This document shows, piece after piece, positions 1-11,069 of a DNA stretch of 64,000 nucleotides. The stretch is from Coleofasciculus sp. B1-GNL1-01 (GTDB lineage: Bacteria > Cyanobacteriota > Cyanobacteriia > Cyanobacteriales > Coleofasciculaceae), in assembly GCA_040220235.1 (NCBI GenBank), contig JAVJTO010000094.1. One strand, written 5' to 3'. Under the pieces are notes generated by a model. It searched no databases, was not told where the DNA came from, and worked only from the letters and a program-made list of their open reading frames with translations. Each line of letters begins with the position of its first letter. The first letter of the stretch is position 1. Both the position numbers and the translations under genes were made by a program.

Positions 1-162
1 GACAACGACAACCCTCGTCCTCAGCCGCGAAACTGGTCGAACCCTCTCAGGTTAAGAGTGATGAGGGTTCCACGCCACCGCATCGGACATCTGGGTCAAA
101 GAGCGATCGCGAAGACCCCAGAACCCGTCATAATTGAGGCAGAGTAGCTCCAGGAGCAGGAC

Positions 163-225
163 TGTAGGGGCGGGTTTTACTGATAACGTTTTGCCACAAA
201 CCGATAACTTGACTAAACCCGCCCT
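163..225. repeat. REP-like palindromic element (GTAGGGGCGGGTTT ... AAACCCGCCC[CTAC] family)
   Basis: Inverted arms around a ~35-nt variable loop. Further copies at about 10612-10676, 11365-11428, 11524-11585, 15793-15853, 24999-25065, 25098-25163 and 31484-31548. Confidence 0.85.
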
Positions 226-268
226 TCTAGGGGATCAGAGGAGACATAAGAAGATGAGCTTTCTAGAA

Positions 269-361
269 TTCCCTGTTCCCTGTTCCCTGTTCCCTGTTCC
301 CTGTTCCCTGTTCCCTGTTCCCTGTTCCCTAACAAATGACAAATGACCAATGACCAATGAC
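269..361. repeat. Heptamer tandem repeats (STRR-like): (TTCCCTG)x8+ followed by (MAATGAC)x4
   Basis: Read directly. Similar heptamer runs at about 13508-13560, 26750-26780, 39000-39030 and 46500-46535. Confidence 0.9.
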
Positions 362-416
362 AAAGAACAAAATTTGATACCCTAGCTTAAATAGTCTTGG
401 GAACGAATAGAGAAGC

Positions 417-1580
417 GTGGATATTCAAATTGGGCGAGGTAAGACAGCTCGCAGAGCTTATGGCATCGATGAAATCGCATTAGTCCCCGGACAACGGACG
501 CTAGACCCTAATTTGGCAGACACCCGTTGGCGTTTGGGGAGCATCGAACGAGAAATTCCGATCATTGCCAGTGCGATGGACGGCGTGATTGATGTGCGAA
601 TGGCAGTTCTCCTATCTGAGATGGGAGCGCTAGGGGTTTTAAACCTCGAAGGCATTCAAACCCGTTATGCTGACCCTGCTCCGATATTAGAGCGAATCAC
701 CTCCGTGGGTAAATCAGAATTCGTTAATCTGATGCAGGAGTTGTACGCCGAACCGATTAAACCGGAATTAATCAGCCAGCGAATTCAGGAAATTAAAGAC
801 CAAGGTGGGATTGCGGCGGTGAGTGCTACACCAGCAGGCGCGATGAAATACGGTGAAATTGTCGCCTCAGCGGGTGCTGATTTATTCTTCATACAAGCCA
901 CTGTGGTGTCCACGGCTCACCTGTCACCCGAGTCAGTTACTCCTCTAGATTTAGCCCAGTTCTGCCAGGATATGCCAATGCCCGTGGTTTTGGGCAATTG
1001 TGTCACCTACGAAGTTGCCCTGAATTTAATGAAAGCAGGTGCAGCAGCGATATTAGTGGGAATTGGTCCGGGTGCCGCTTGTACCTCGCGGGGCGTTCTG
1101 GGTGTGGGAGTCCCCCAGGCGACGGCGGTGGCGGATTGTGCAGCAGCCCGTGATGATTATCATCAAGAGACGGGTAATTATGTGCCAGTTATTGCTGATG
1201 GTGGGCTAATTACTGGGGGAGATATCTGTAAATGTATCGCTTGTGGCGCAGATGCGGTGATGATTGGTTCTCCTCTGGCTCGTGCCAAAGAAGCCCCAGG
1301 ACGCGGATTTCACTGGGGAATGGCAACGCCTAGCCCAGTTCTGCCACGAGGAACGCGCATCCAAGTTGGGAGTACGGGAACATTACAGGAAATTCTGATT
1401 GGACCTGCCCAACTGGATGATGGCACTCACAATCTTTTAGGTGCGCTGAAAACCAGTATGGGAACTTTGGGCGCTAAAGACCTGAAAGAAATGCAGCAAG
1501 TGGAGGTCGTGATTGCCCCATCCCTGCTCACCGAAGGGAAAGTTTACCAGAAAGCGCAACAGTTGGGAATGGGTAAATAA
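417..1580 (+). CDS. guaB3: GuaB3-family IMP dehydrogenase-related protein
   Basis: Catalytic loop [16 protein letters not shown] motif, GMATP; upstream of Yfr1-trxA as is usual in cyanobacteria. Confidence 0.93.
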   Translation: MDIQIGRGKTARRAYGIDEIALVPGQRTLDPNLADTRWRLGSIEREIPIIASAMDGVIDVRMAVLLSEMGALGVLNLEGIQTRYADPAPILERITSVGKSEFVNLMQELYAEPIKPELISQRIQEIKDQGGIAAVSATPAGAMKYGEIVASAGADLFFIQATVVSTAHLSPESVTPLDLAQFCQDMPMPVVLGNCVTYEVALNLMKAGAAAILVGIGPGAACTSRGVLGVGVPQATAVADCAAARDDYHQETGNYVPVIADGGLITGGDICKCIACGADAVMIGSPLARAKEAPGRGFHWGMATPSPVLPRGTRIQVGSTGTLQEILIGPAQLDDGTHNLLGALKTSMGTLGAKDLKEMQQVEVVIAPSLLTEGKVYQKAQQLGMGK

Positions 1581-1637
1581 AATGTTTGGGGTTGACAAAC
1601 TGCCCCAAACCCCACTGATGTAAGTTAACATAGAAAA

Positions 1638-1709
1638 AGCGGAGACGCATGTTTCCGTTCACTCCTCACACCACACTCCGCCCGGACTATGTTCGGGCGG
1701 TTCCTTTTT
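1638..1709 (+). ncRNA. yfr1: Yfr1 small RNA
   Basis: Conserved ACTCCTCACAC motif at 1661-1671 lies between a 5' hairpin (GCGGAGAC...GTTTCCGT) and a terminator hairpin (CCGCCCGGAC...GTTCGGGCGG plus T-run). The guaB-trxA intergenic position is the known Yfr1 locus. Ends approximate. Confidence 0.93.
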
Positions 1710-1871
1710 CAGCGTTAAGCTCTAATGTCACGACATTTTAACATGTTAATCGATTAAATGTGACGATTTATGTCTAAATATATACTTTTTTTGCAGGGGA
1801 ACGCTCAGTTTTCTCTGTGGTAAAATATCCCAAGACACATAGAAAATAGTTACACGCAAGGATTTCCAGGC

Positions 1872-2195
1872 ATGTCAACAGCCGTAGCAGTTACAGACGC
1901 CAGTTTTAAGCAAGACGTCCTAGATAGTGACGTTCCCGTTTTAGTAGATTTTTGGGCACCTTGGTGCGGTCCATGTCGGATGGTCGCCCCTGTGGTAGAT
2001 GAAATCGCCCAACAATACGAAGGTCAGATTAAAGTTGTGAAGCTCAACACTGACGAAAATCCCAATGTAGCCAGTCAGTATGGGATTCGTAGCATTCCCA
2101 CCTTAATGATTTTTAAAGGAGGACAACGAGTTGATATGGTTGTGGGTGCAGTTCCGAAAACGACGCTAGCAAACACTCTAGAAAAATATCTCTAA
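1872..2195 (+). CDS. trxA: Thioredoxin (m-type)
   Basis: WCGPC active site, 107 aa. Confidence 0.97.
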   Translation: MSTAVAVTDASFKQDVLDSDVPVLVDFWAPWCGPCRMVAPVVDEIAQQYEGQIKVVKLNTDENPNVASQYGIRSIPTLMIFKGGQRVDMVVGAVPKTTLANTLEKYL

Positions 2196-2209
2196 TCCCT
2201 AATCAGTTA

Positions 2210-2236
2210 AGCCTTAAGCCGAATCGGGTTAAGGCT
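2210..2236 (+). terminator. Putative hairpin terminator after trxA
   Basis: AGCCTTAA-GCCGAATCGGG-TTAAGGCT inverted repeat 15 nt after the stop; weak U-tract. Confidence 0.5.
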
Positions 2237-2509
2237 AGTTAGGCTTGCAGGCGCGAGAAGTCGCTACAGCTACAAAAAGCCTGTAAGCTCTCGATTAGGT
2301 TGGCAAACATAACCCAAAAGCCAGAAAAGCGGTGAAAAGCCGTGTAAATTGCCAATTTTGAAATCATTATAAAAATCAGCAAGTTGGCAACTTGAGTTTA
2401 TATCTAGTCCCCCAACTACTATAATTACCCGTTTTTCTATCATAAATCCGGATTAAGACACTGCCACTTGTACTATGTAAGTGTCTAAATCTATAGACTT
2501 TACTAAGTC

Positions 2510-3328
2510 ATGACTAGGATACCTATATCGCCTCAACCGATTAAACGTGTTGTGGCGATCGCATCAGTCGTGGTTGGTTGTCTGGTTAGTCCGATTCCGA
2601 CTCACTCTCAACCGACCAACTCAGCGAGTAATACTCCCTCGCTGCAAGATATGCTTGAGTTTAATCTGGATCTCTCGGGTCGGGGAAGCCCCCGTTCCGG
2701 TAATCGCACGGGTGGCGCGAGTCGGAGTTTGTGTGGGGGAAGTCAATCTGGAGAATCTCTGTTCGCCCTGATTCCCGATACCAATGTGGGATTAACGGTA
2801 GAGGAACATCCCACCTTCTGGTTCTATATTCCTGATGGCGCGAATACATTCGACTCGATGAAATTTGCCCTCTGGAGTGATCAGGGTGAGAAAGTGTACG
2901 AAACCACCTATCCTGTGACGAATGCCCTACCCGGTGTGATTAGTATCTCTTTACCGCCAACCCTACCCGCGCTAAAGGAAAACCAATACTACAACTGGAT
3001 TTTTACCGTTTACTGTGAAGATCCCCAAGCAGCGATTGTTCGCACTGATCCCCGACGAGTCCGAGTTAGAGGTTCCATCCAACGTGTTCCCGTAACGGCT
3101 GAACTCCAACAAGGATTGAATCGGGCGTTAACTCCCCGCGATCGCGCCGTTGTTTTAGCCCGAAATGGGATTTGGTTTGACCCTCTCACCCTGATCGGCA
3201 ATCTTCGCCGTACTCAGACAGCCAATTACGCCCTGGCGATGGATTGGAGTAACTTGTTAGAGGATATTGAACTCGACGCGATCGCATCCAAACCCATTAC
3301 TGAATGCTGTAGTGCTTTGGCTCAGTGA
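2510..3328 (+). CDS. DUF928 domain-containing exported protein
   Basis: Signal-like N-terminus; RTGGASRxxC, LTVEEHPTFWFYIP, GIWFD and terminal ECC motifs; next to a CHAT protein. Confidence 0.88.
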   Translation: MTRIPISPQPIKRVVAIASVVVGCLVSPIPTHSQPTNSASNTPSLQDMLEFNLDLSGRGSPRSGNRTGGASRSLCGGSQSGESLFALIPDTNVGLTVEEHPTFWFYIPDGANTFDSMKFALWSDQGEKVYETTYPVTNALPGVISISLPPTLPALKENQYYNWIFTVYCEDPQAAIVRTDPRRVRVRGSIQRVPVTAELQQGLNRALTPRDRAVVLARNGIWFDPLTLIGNLRRTQTANYALAMDWSNLLEDIELDAIASKPITECCSALAQ

Positions 3329-4087
3329 TTCCCACATTGGCATAGTGGTTCTCAATTGAGAATTATCAATTACCCTGTCCTCTAACGAAGGTTGCTTGTC
3401 TTCCATCGTCGCCAAAAACCGCTATCTCTACTGGATGTTCCTAATTCCACGTTAAACACGAGATATCAGCGACTTGATTCGAGCCTGTAAGACCCCGCTA
3501 CACTATCTCGTTCGATCAGTCCCTCATTTTTGCACTTTGGCTGTTCTCATCTACCAGAAACAGCTTATCGCCCCTAATTTTAATTCGATAGCCGCCTGAC
3601 CCTTAAACCAGTGTGCTATAAAGAAGTAGATTGGATATTTTCTCAAGTACTAGGTGGTGTATCACTAAATACTGTGGCTTTCTTGCCCAAGGGTTTAGTA
3701 TTTTGTTGTCATTGGAGAATATAGGTTGGTGGCTAACCCTAATTGAGTCATCTCGGCAAAGGAATTCCGGCTTCTGAATTTCTTTGATAGGCATGGTATT
3801 GAACTCATGCCTAGGTTCACCATAGCTAAAACCAATAACAGATAACTTAACCCTGGAAAGGGGAGTGATATCATCCAGATTGATTATTCAGATACTTTCG
3901 ACGATAATTCAACCGCAATAGTTTTGGTGTCTCTTTAAAATTCAACGTATCATTTGATAGCTGAGTAATCGTATTGGGATTCGGTGCGGCTTCTAATTTG
4001 GACTTGCCTTATTTAGGGTTGAGTGGAATCCTGTCTGTCAAGTCCTATACATCAGTTCTATCTATTCCACGGAGTTTTGTAGCCCCT

Positions 4088-7000
4088 ATGATTAATTCTG
4101 CAATGAAAGGAGCAATTCTGCTGTTGGCTACTTTACCTTTTTTGGGTGTTACCAGCATACAGCCAACTCAGGCGACTTCAATCCCTCTCAAGGTGGATAA
4201 AACAGACGTACCGATTGTTCCTCAGTTTAAGCCTAGCTCTCTATTAACAAACACTTCAGTTACTCAGAATACTTTTGCTAAAGATTCTATTGTAACCAAG
4301 GAAGCCACACAGATCAACCCCCCAAGTCTAATCATGGCTCAGTCCGTTACTGGGGCAGGTGATGAGTTAGGGACCACGGTTGAGCAAGACGGTAACCAAT
4401 TTAACATCGACGGTGGCACACTTTCCGGAGATAGGGAAAATCTCTTTCACAGTTTCCAAGACTTTGGTCTTTCCGCTGGTGAAATTGCCAATTTTATTTC
4501 TAATCCTGAAATTCGCAATATCTTGGGGCGGGTAGTTAGTGGGGAAGCTTCAATTATTAATGGTTTGATTCAAGTTACCGGGGGCAACTCGAATTTATTT
4601 TTAATGAATCCGGCGGGGATTGTATTTGGGGCGAATGCCAGTTTAAATGTCCCCGCGTCGTTTACAGCTACAACCGCGACAGGAATTGGTTTTGCGGGAG
4701 ATCAGTGGTTCAATGTCTTTAGTGAAAATAACTATCAAACGTTAATCGGTAATCCCAATCAGTTTGCCTTTGATTTAGCTCAACCCGCAACCCTAATTAA
4801 TGCTGGCAATCTAGCCGTATCAGAAGGGCATAATTTAACCCTACTGGCGGGAAATACGATTAATACCGGGCAACTGACTGCACCGGGCGGCACCATTACA
4901 ATGGCGGCTGTACCGGAATCCAATCGGGTACGGATCAGTCAACCGGGACAATTATTAAGTTTAGAAATTGTACCATCTACCAATGAGAATGGGGAGATAG
5001 AGGCAATTGATCCCTTGGATTTACCAACGCTGCTGACGGGTACAGAGGAAAGCGTAGAGACGGGATTAACCGTTACGGATACAGGTCAAGTACAGCTTCA
5101 GGAGTCTGGTATCACTGTACCCGCAGACGCCGGGGTTGCGATCGCCTCTGGCACTCTGGATGTGTCTCATGAGTCTCCCACTGTCGATTCCCAGTCGGTG
5201 AATGTGTTTGGCAACAAAGTGGGTGTATTTGATGCCACAATTAACGCTTCTGGGATGTATGGCGGCGGAACAGTACGACTGGGTGGTGACTATCAAGGTC
5301 AAGGTACGTTTAATGCGTCTCAAACCCTAATCAGTGAAAACTCGCTGATTACGGCTGATGCTGGGCTACAGGGGACAGGCGGTGAGGTGTTTGCTTGGGC
5401 AGATGGAGTTACGGGCTTTTATGGGACGATAAGCGCCCGTGGTGGAACGGAAGCGGGAGATGGGGGATTTATTGAAGTTTCTGGCAAAGAGTTGCTGATT
5501 TTTACGGGTCATGCTGATGCTGGAGCATTTAACGGTCAACCGGGTGCGTTACTGCTTGATCCTAAAAATATCACGATTGGAGACGCCAATTCACCCTTAG
5601 CAATACGCTTTAATCCGACGACTTCATCAACAGAAAATCAGTTTGGTTATTCAGTTGCGGCGCTAGGTTCAGACGTACTCGTAGGTGATCCGGGATATGA
5701 CGAAGGCGGGCAGAACGACGTAGGTATTACTTATTTGTTTGATGGGACTACTGGAGAAGAGATAAAACAATTCTTGAGTCCCAATTCAACAGCAAATGGT
5801 CGATTCGGTTTTGCTGTAGCTGGGATGGAATCAGACAAGGTTATTGTTGGTGCGCCGGGAGAAAACAACAACAACGGAAGGGTTTATTTATTTGATCGGG
5901 ATGGGATACTACAGCGATCATTCGACAACCCAAATTCCTCGATAGCTGAAGGTAACACTCAATTCGGCTTCGGCTATTCCGTCGCCGCCGTGGGGTCAAA
6001 TGTTTTGGTCGGCTCTCCAGGAGATGATACCCAAGGAACAGATACAGGTGCGGCTTATTTATTCGAGGGCAATACGGGGACTCGACTGCACGACTTCTTC
6101 AGCCCTAATCCTACGGGTTCGCCCACCAATAACGGTCGATTTGGCTATTCAGTCGCTGGGGTGGATTCAAATGTGCTAGTGGGAGCACCTGGAGACAATA
6201 TAGGGGTAGAAGGCAATATCATAACTGGAGGTGCTGCCTATCTATTTAATAGCAACAGTGGAGATCTAATCGAAACATTTACGAGTCCAAACGCTACAGA
6301 CACCGGGGAGTTCGGGATTTCAGTAGCCGCGATGGGTTCACAAATACTCGTGGGCGCCCCTGGTGATAATCTTGGACAAGGAGTTCAAGGTGCTGCCTAT
6401 TGGTTTAATCAGGATGGCGAGTTGCAAAACACTTTTTCTAGTCCCAATGCTGATAACGGTCAATTTGGTACTTCAGTAGCAGCAGTAGAATCGGCGGAGT
6501 CTGCATTAGGGTTTAACGTTGTAGTCAGTGCCCCCGGAGAAAATGCAACCTATTTGTATGAACCCCTGCCAGATTCGGACACGGGACTTTTGTGGCAAAC
6601 CTTTCTCAAGCCCTCGGAGTCACCTAGCAATTTTGGTAATGCAGTTGCTGGGGTAGAAAGAAACGTGGTGGTGGGAGCGCCAGGAGGTATGAACGATGAA
6701 GGCGAGATTTATTTGTTTGGCTCCAGCTTCGAGTTTGATGATAATCCCAACCAATCTGTGACTATCGATGTCGCCACTATTACCAACATTACTAACACGG
6801 GAACCGAAATTGAGTTTCAGGCAAACAATGACATCACTGTCAAGAAACCAATTACCACTAACAATCAGAACGGAACTGGAGGATCACTGAAATTAAGAGC
6901 AGGTCGAAGTATTTTTGTCAATGCTAATATCACCACAGATGATGGAAATTTAACCTTAATTGCCAATGATAGTAATGCTATCGATGATTTTCGTGAGGAC

Positions 7001-10000
7001 GGTAAAGCTTTTATAGAGATAGAAGATGGCTTTGCACTGAATTCGGGGAATGGCGATATATATCTTCAACTCGATACAGGGGGAGAAAGGGGAGATATTA
7101 ATGTTCGGGGTGAGATTATTACTGAGAACGGAGATCTGGTTGTAGAACACAATAATTCTACAGGTGGAAATGTCAATATTGGAGAAACGGCAACGATTAA
7201 GGTTGTTGGAGATGTTGATATGAACACGAGTGGCGGTAATATTCTTACCAGTGGTAATGTGGCTACCACTAACGGTGAAGTTAGTTTCGCGACTCAAGGT
7301 GGTGACATAGAAATTCAAAATGGGGGTAATGTTTCTACCAATGCTGGTGAGATTAATTTCGCTAGTCAAGGTGGCAATATAGAAATTCAGAATGGGGGTG
7401 ATGTTTCTACTAATGGGGATGAGATTCGTTTCATTACTCAGGGTGGAACGATTCAGGTTGATCCGGCGTTCAATTTGACGGGTGAAACGTTCCTGTCTAC
7501 AGGTGATGGAACGGGAGATATTCTGTTTAATAATCGTCTTGATGGGACGCAAAATCTCACGCTTACGGCGGGAACGGGTAATGTGAGCTTTGAGGGACAA
7601 GTAGGTAGCGGTACACCTCTGGGAAACCTGACGATTGCTAGTGCGGGAAATGTGACGGCAAAAGACGCGATCGCAGCCTCTAGCTTTACGCATCAATCGG
7701 GAACTGGCACAATTAATTTGGCAAATCTTCGAGATATTCAAATCCTGGATGGGGATTTCAGCCTAAATACTACGAATACCCTGACTGTCGGTAATATTAC
7801 AGCAACTGATGGCAAGGTAGAACTGAGTGCCAATAGTAGCCTAACCACCGAAAATATCACCACTTCTGGTGACACCATTAATCTCACCAGTCAAGGCGAA
7901 GAAGTCACGAGTGGTAACTTGGATTCCGGTGGTGGCAATGTGGGAGTGAGTGCTAATAGTAACCTGAACACAGAAGATATCATCACCTCTGGCGGCACAA
8001 TTAATCTCACCAGTACACAGGGAGAAATCAATAGTGGTAACTTGGATTCCGGTAGTGGCAATGTAGACGCAACTGCTAGTAATAATCTGAACACAGCAAA
8101 TATCACCACCTCTGGCGGCACAATTAACCTCACCAGTACACAGGGAGAAGTCAGTAGTGATAACTTAAATTCCGGTGGTGGGAATGTAGACGCGAGTGCC
8201 AATAGTAATTTAACTACAGCAAATATCACCACCTCTGGTGGCACAATTAACCTCACCAGTAAAGACGAAGAAATTAATACGGGTGACTTAAATTCTTCTG
8301 CAGCTATTGGCGGTGATATTACTGTAAATGCAAGGATCTCGATTACCACTGAAGCCATCAATTCTAGTGGCACTGAAGGCGATGGTGGCAACGTTACCCT
8401 CGATCCCCTGGAAGATATTACTGTCAATTCTATTAATGTCCAAGGCGGCAGCAATGGTCAAGGCGGTGATGTTGACATCACGACGCAACAATTCTTTCAA
8501 GCAACAGGAAGTTTTAGCGATCAAAATGGCATAGACGCTAGTATTTCTACGGCTGGCGGTAACGGTGGTGGTGATATTACCATTCGTCATGATGGTGGCG
8601 CAAGAAATGTGCCGTTTGTGGTAGGTGATGGAAGCAAGAATGGTACGGCACAAGCCATTACCAGTGGGGAGTTTACGATTGCACCTGTTCAGTCATTTCC
8701 AGAAAGTCATACTCTCGGTAATATCCGGATTATTACAACTGATCCTCCAACTGATCCTCCAACTAATCCAACTGATCCTCCAACTAATCCAACTGATCTG
8801 TTAATAGAGTTTAAGAGACCGTTAGAGCGCCCTCCTACTCCTAATGCCTTGGATCAAGAGCCAATTATCAATGCTGATGTTTACAAAATTGAGCGCTTTT
8901 TTACCCAGGCATTTGAGAAACAACTGGGAATGGAGGCGGAAAAAATCCTCACCTTGGATGAAATTCGGAATCGCTTGCGTAGCATTGAGGTGGCAACTGG
9001 GGTAAAACCTGCTGTAATTTATGGGGTTTTTGTTCCTAGCAGCACTAAATCAGAAATGGAATTAGAACTGATGTTGGTAACAGCGGATCGGGATGTTATT
9101 ACCAAGCGAGTGTCAGGGGCTAAACAGTCTGATGTCCTGAATACAGGACAGAACTTCCGTCAAGAAATTCTTGATGGTGGGTTTGGATATTTAGATGACG
9201 CCCAACAACTGTATCAATGGATGGTAGCCCCCTTAGAAACAGATTTACAAGAAACAGGAATTGAGAATTTAGTCTTTATTCTCGATGAAGGGTTGCGCTC
9301 ATTGCCCATAGCCGCTATCCATGATGGAGATAACTTTATCGTGGAGCGATATAGTGTGAGTTTGATGCCCAGTGTGAGTCTCACAGATACCCGTTATGCC
9401 GATATTAAAACGATGCCTGTTTTGGCAATGGGTGCTTCAGATTTTCCCGATAATCCTCTTTTGGAACAATTACCAGCAGCGGCGGCTGAGGTATCGATTC
9501 TGACCAATACCTTATGGCGTGGTCAAGCTTTTCTCAATGAGAATTTTACTGTTAACAATCTCAAGGCAAAACGCGAAGAAAAACCCTTTGGCATTATTCA
9601 CCTGGCTACCCATGCAGAATTTGAACCAGGCGCACCTAGTAATTCTTATATTCAGTTATGGGATACTAAGGTAGGAATGGACGAAGTACGTAGTTTAGGC
9701 TGGCATGATCCGGCTGTAGAATTAGTGGTATTAAGTGCTTGTCGTACTGCCTTAGGTGATCCGAGTGCCGAACTGGGGTTTGCTGGATTTGCGGCTAAAG
9801 CTGGAGTTAAATCAGTATTAGCTAGTTTATGGTACATCGAGGATTGGGGAACGTTGCCAATGATGGCAGAGTTTTACAATAATCTGGATGATGCACCGAT
9901 TAAAGCGGAAGCATGGCGACGGGCGCAAGTGGCAATGATTGAAGGAAAGGTTAAGTATGAAGATAATCAATTAATTTTATCGGATAAAGCCATTGCTTTG

Positions 10001-10087
10001 CCAATTACTGATGCTAACCCGGGTAATCCTGACTTATCTCATCCCTATTACTGGTCAGCATTTAGTATTGTTGGTAATCCGTGGTAA
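4088..10087 (+). CDS. Large secreted FHA-N (TPS) / FG-GAP beta-propeller / CHAT caspase-like protein
   Basis: NLFHSF and NPAGI TPS motifs; seven FG-GAP repeats; beta-helix-like repeats; CHAT with IIHLATH and LSAC catalytic motifs; ends HPYYWSAFSIVGNPW. The ORF opens at 3974, but ATG 4088 or 4103 is the more likely start. Confidence 0.9.
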   Translation: MINSAMKGAILLLATLPFLGVTSIQPTQATSIPLKVDKTDVPIVPQFKPSSLLTNTSVTQNTFAKDSIVTKEATQINPPSLIMAQSVTGAGDELGTTVEQDGNQFNIDGGTLSGDRENLFHSFQDFGLSAGEIANFISNPEIRNILGRVVSGEASIINGLIQVTGGNSNLFLMNPAGIVFGANASLNVPASFTATTATGIGFAGDQWFNVFSENNYQTLIGNPNQFAFDLAQPATLINAGNLAVSEGHNLTLLAGNTINTGQLTAPGGTITMAAVPESNRVRISQPGQLLSLEIVPSTNENGEIEAIDPLDLPTLLTGTEESVETGLTVTDTGQVQLQESGITVPADAGVAIASGTLDVSHESPTVDSQSVNVFGNKVGVFDATINASGMYGGGTVRLGGDYQGQGTFNASQTLISENSLITADAGLQGTGGEVFAWADGVTGFYGTISARGGTEAGDGGFIEVSGKELLIFTGHADAGAFNGQPGALLLDPKNITIGDANSPLAIRFNPTTSSTENQFGYSVAALGSDVLVGDPGYDEGGQNDVGITYLFDGTTGEEIKQFLSPNSTANGRFGFAVAGMESDKVIVGAPGENNNNGRVYLFDRDGILQRSFDNPNSSIAEGNTQFGFGYSVAAVGSNVLVGSPGDDTQGTDTGAAYLFEGNTGTRLHDFFSPNPTGSPTNNGRFGYSVAGVDSNVLVGAPGDNIGVEGNIITGGAAYLFNSNSGDLIETFTSPNATDTGEFGISVAAMGSQILVGAPGDNLGQGVQGAAYWFNQDGELQNTFSSPNADNGQFGTSVAAVESAESALGFNVVVSAPGENATYLYEPLPDSDTGLLWQTFLKPSESPSNFGNAVAGVERNVVVGAPGGMNDEGEIYLFGSSFEFDDNPNQSVTIDVATITNITNTGTEIEFQANNDITVKKPITTNNQNGTGGSLKLRAGRSIFVNANITTDDGNLTLIANDSNAIDDFREDGKAFIEIEDGFALNSGNGDIYLQLDTGGERGDINVRGEIITENGDLVVEHNNSTGGNVNIGETATIKVVGDVDMNTSGGNILTSGNVATTNGEVSFATQGGDIEIQNGGNVSTNAGEINFASQGGNIEIQNGGDVSTNGDEIRFITQGGTIQVDPAFNLTGETFLSTGDGTGDILFNNRLDGTQNLTLTAGTGNVSFEGQVGSGTPLGNLTIASAGNVTAKDAIAASSFTHQSGTGTINLANLRDIQILDGDFSLNTTNTLTVGNITATDGKVELSANSSLTTENITTSGDTINLTSQGEEVTSGNLDSGGGNVGVSANSNLNTEDIITSGGTINLTSTQGEINSGNLDSGSGNVDATASNNLNTANITTSGGTINLTSTQGEVSSDNLNSGGGNVDASANSNLTTANITTSGGTINLTSKDEEINTGDLNSSAAIGGDITVNARISITTEAINSSGTEGDGGNVTLDPLEDITVNSINVQGGSNGQGGDVDITTQQFFQATGSFSDQNGIDASISTAGGNGGGDITIRHDGGARNVPFVVGDGSKNGTAQAITSGEFTIAPVQSFPESHTLGNIRIITTDPPTDPPTNPTDPPTNPTDLLIEFKRPLERPPTPNALDQEPIINADVYKIERFFTQAFEKQLGMEAEKILTLDEIRNRLRSIEVATGVKPAVIYGVFVPSSTKSEMELELMLVTADRDVITKRVSGAKQSDVLNTGQNFRQEILDGGFGYLDDAQQLYQWMVAPLETDLQETGIENLVFILDEGLRSLPIAAIHDGDNFIVERYSVSLMPSVSLTDTRYADIKTMPVLAMGASDFPDNPLLEQLPAAAAEVSILTNTLWRGQAFLNENFTVNNLKAKREEKPFGIIHLATHAEFEPGAPSNSYIQLWDTKVGMDEVRSLGWHDPAVELVVLSACRTALGDPSAELGFAGFAAKAGVKSVLASLWYIEDWGTLPMMAEFYNNLDDAPIKAEAWRRAQVAMIEGKVKYEDNQLILSDKAIALPITDANPGNPDLSHPYYWSAFSIVGNPW

Positions 10088-10158
10088 AAGGCAGAGGTGC
10101 GGAGGAGAAGAGGTGAATTTTTCAATTAACCAATGACCAATGATATTTATCGGCGAAA

Positions 10159-10515
10159 ATGAGTATAGATAATCAGTTTGAGCCTCTTTTGAGCGGTGAA
10201 GTATTGTCGGTTGATGAATCAACACAACTTTTAATTGGAAATCGCACGTTCCGAGTGGATGAACTCGTAGAAGCGATACGGATGCAGTTTGAAGGGTTAG
10301 AGGGATGGAATCAAGACAAGGATGGTTGGTTTAGTGAAAAGGGTATTTCGGCTGAAGTTTTGAGATTTACTGCTAAAGGTTGGCAAAAAGGTACGGTGAG
10401 AATCAGTCTAGAATTTTGTCCTGAAGAAACTGAGACTCAGAAATCCCCAGCCTTAAATACAAGCGGGACATCACAAAAGCAAGAGGAACTGCCGATTGTG
10501 GGAATGATGGGCTAG
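10159..10515 (+). CDS. KGK domain protein
   Basis: WFSEKGISAEVLR...KGWQKGTVRISLEFCPEE signature. Confidence 0.85.
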   Translation: MSIDNQFEPLLSGEVLSVDESTQLLIGNRTFRVDELVEAIRMQFEGLEGWNQDKDGWFSEKGISAEVLRFTAKGWQKGTVRISLEFCPEETETQKSPALNTSGTSQKQEELPIVGMMG

Positions 10516-10698
10516 AGATGTAGGATGGGCATTGCCCGCTTCACGGTAACTTGGAGTTGATTACCATGGCGGCACAATGTCTTGTCCCAATCTCATCGTG
10601 CGAGGTTGGGGAGGGCGGGTTTTGTAGAAAGGTTATTGGTTTCTCTGTTAATTTTGCCCCTAAACCCGCCCCTACAGCTTGGTTCTTCCTACTTGAAC

Positions 10699-10953
10699 TC
10701 ATTCATCTACAAACACACATCGCTTCATTACACTCATTACCTCTCCCGGATTTGCTGTTGGTGTCAGAGGACTCCATTCCGTTACATTGGCAAAGCCGAG
10801 ACGATACAACGTGTGAATGATTTTCACCACGCCTTTGTTAGAACCAACGACGATAACTTTGACGAATTCTCGTTTTGAGTCTGAACGGGTGGAAGCTTGT
10901 AGCTGTATCGAGGCTTCGGGGGGTTTAGTATCGGTCAAAACGTTCTGAACCAT
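10699..10953 (-). CDS. Small cyanobacterial hypothetical protein (IHTLYRLGFA...EWSPL motif)
   Basis: 84-aa ORF divergent from the XRE regulator; motif recalled from cyanobacterial hypothetical proteins. Confidence 0.65.
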   Translation of the reverse strand: MVQNVLTDTKPPEASIQLQASTRSDSKREFVKVIVVGSNKGVVKIIHTLYRLGFANVTEWSPLTPTANPGEVMSVMKRCVFVDE

Positions 10954-10984
10954 TGGGGTTTCCCTGATTTGCGTTTACCTGAAA

Positions 10985-11040
10985 TATTCGCAGATCTGCG
11001 AATACTCAAATTGTACGCTGTATCTTCGCAGATCTGCAAA
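10985..11040. promoter_or_regulatory. Two palindromic operator-like sites between divergent genes
   Basis: Perfect 20-bp palindrome TATTCGCAGATCTGCGAATA at 10985-11004 and a second copy TTCGCAGATCTGCAAA at 11025-11040. Confidence 0.7.
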
Positions 11041-11069
11041 TATTTACTTCCTGATCTTCCTCTGACACG

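Noticed and set aside
134..346. 70-aa ORF with PVPCSLF repeats
   Set aside because: It is a translation of a REP element plus heptamer repeats.
3330..3970. AT-rich gap between DUF928 and the CHAT gene, including ORF 3603-3794
   Set aside because: No recognisable protein or RNA features; treated as regulatory/intergenic sequence.
6956..8653. Long antisense ORFs within the CHAT gene (also 55354-56007, 35182-35626 and 61719-62198)
   Set aside because: They are shadow frames caused by repetitive, biased codon usage on the coding strand.
10551..10878. Plus-strand ORFs 10551-10820 and 10582-10878
   Set aside because: They run through a REP and are antisense to the better-supported minus-strand gene.
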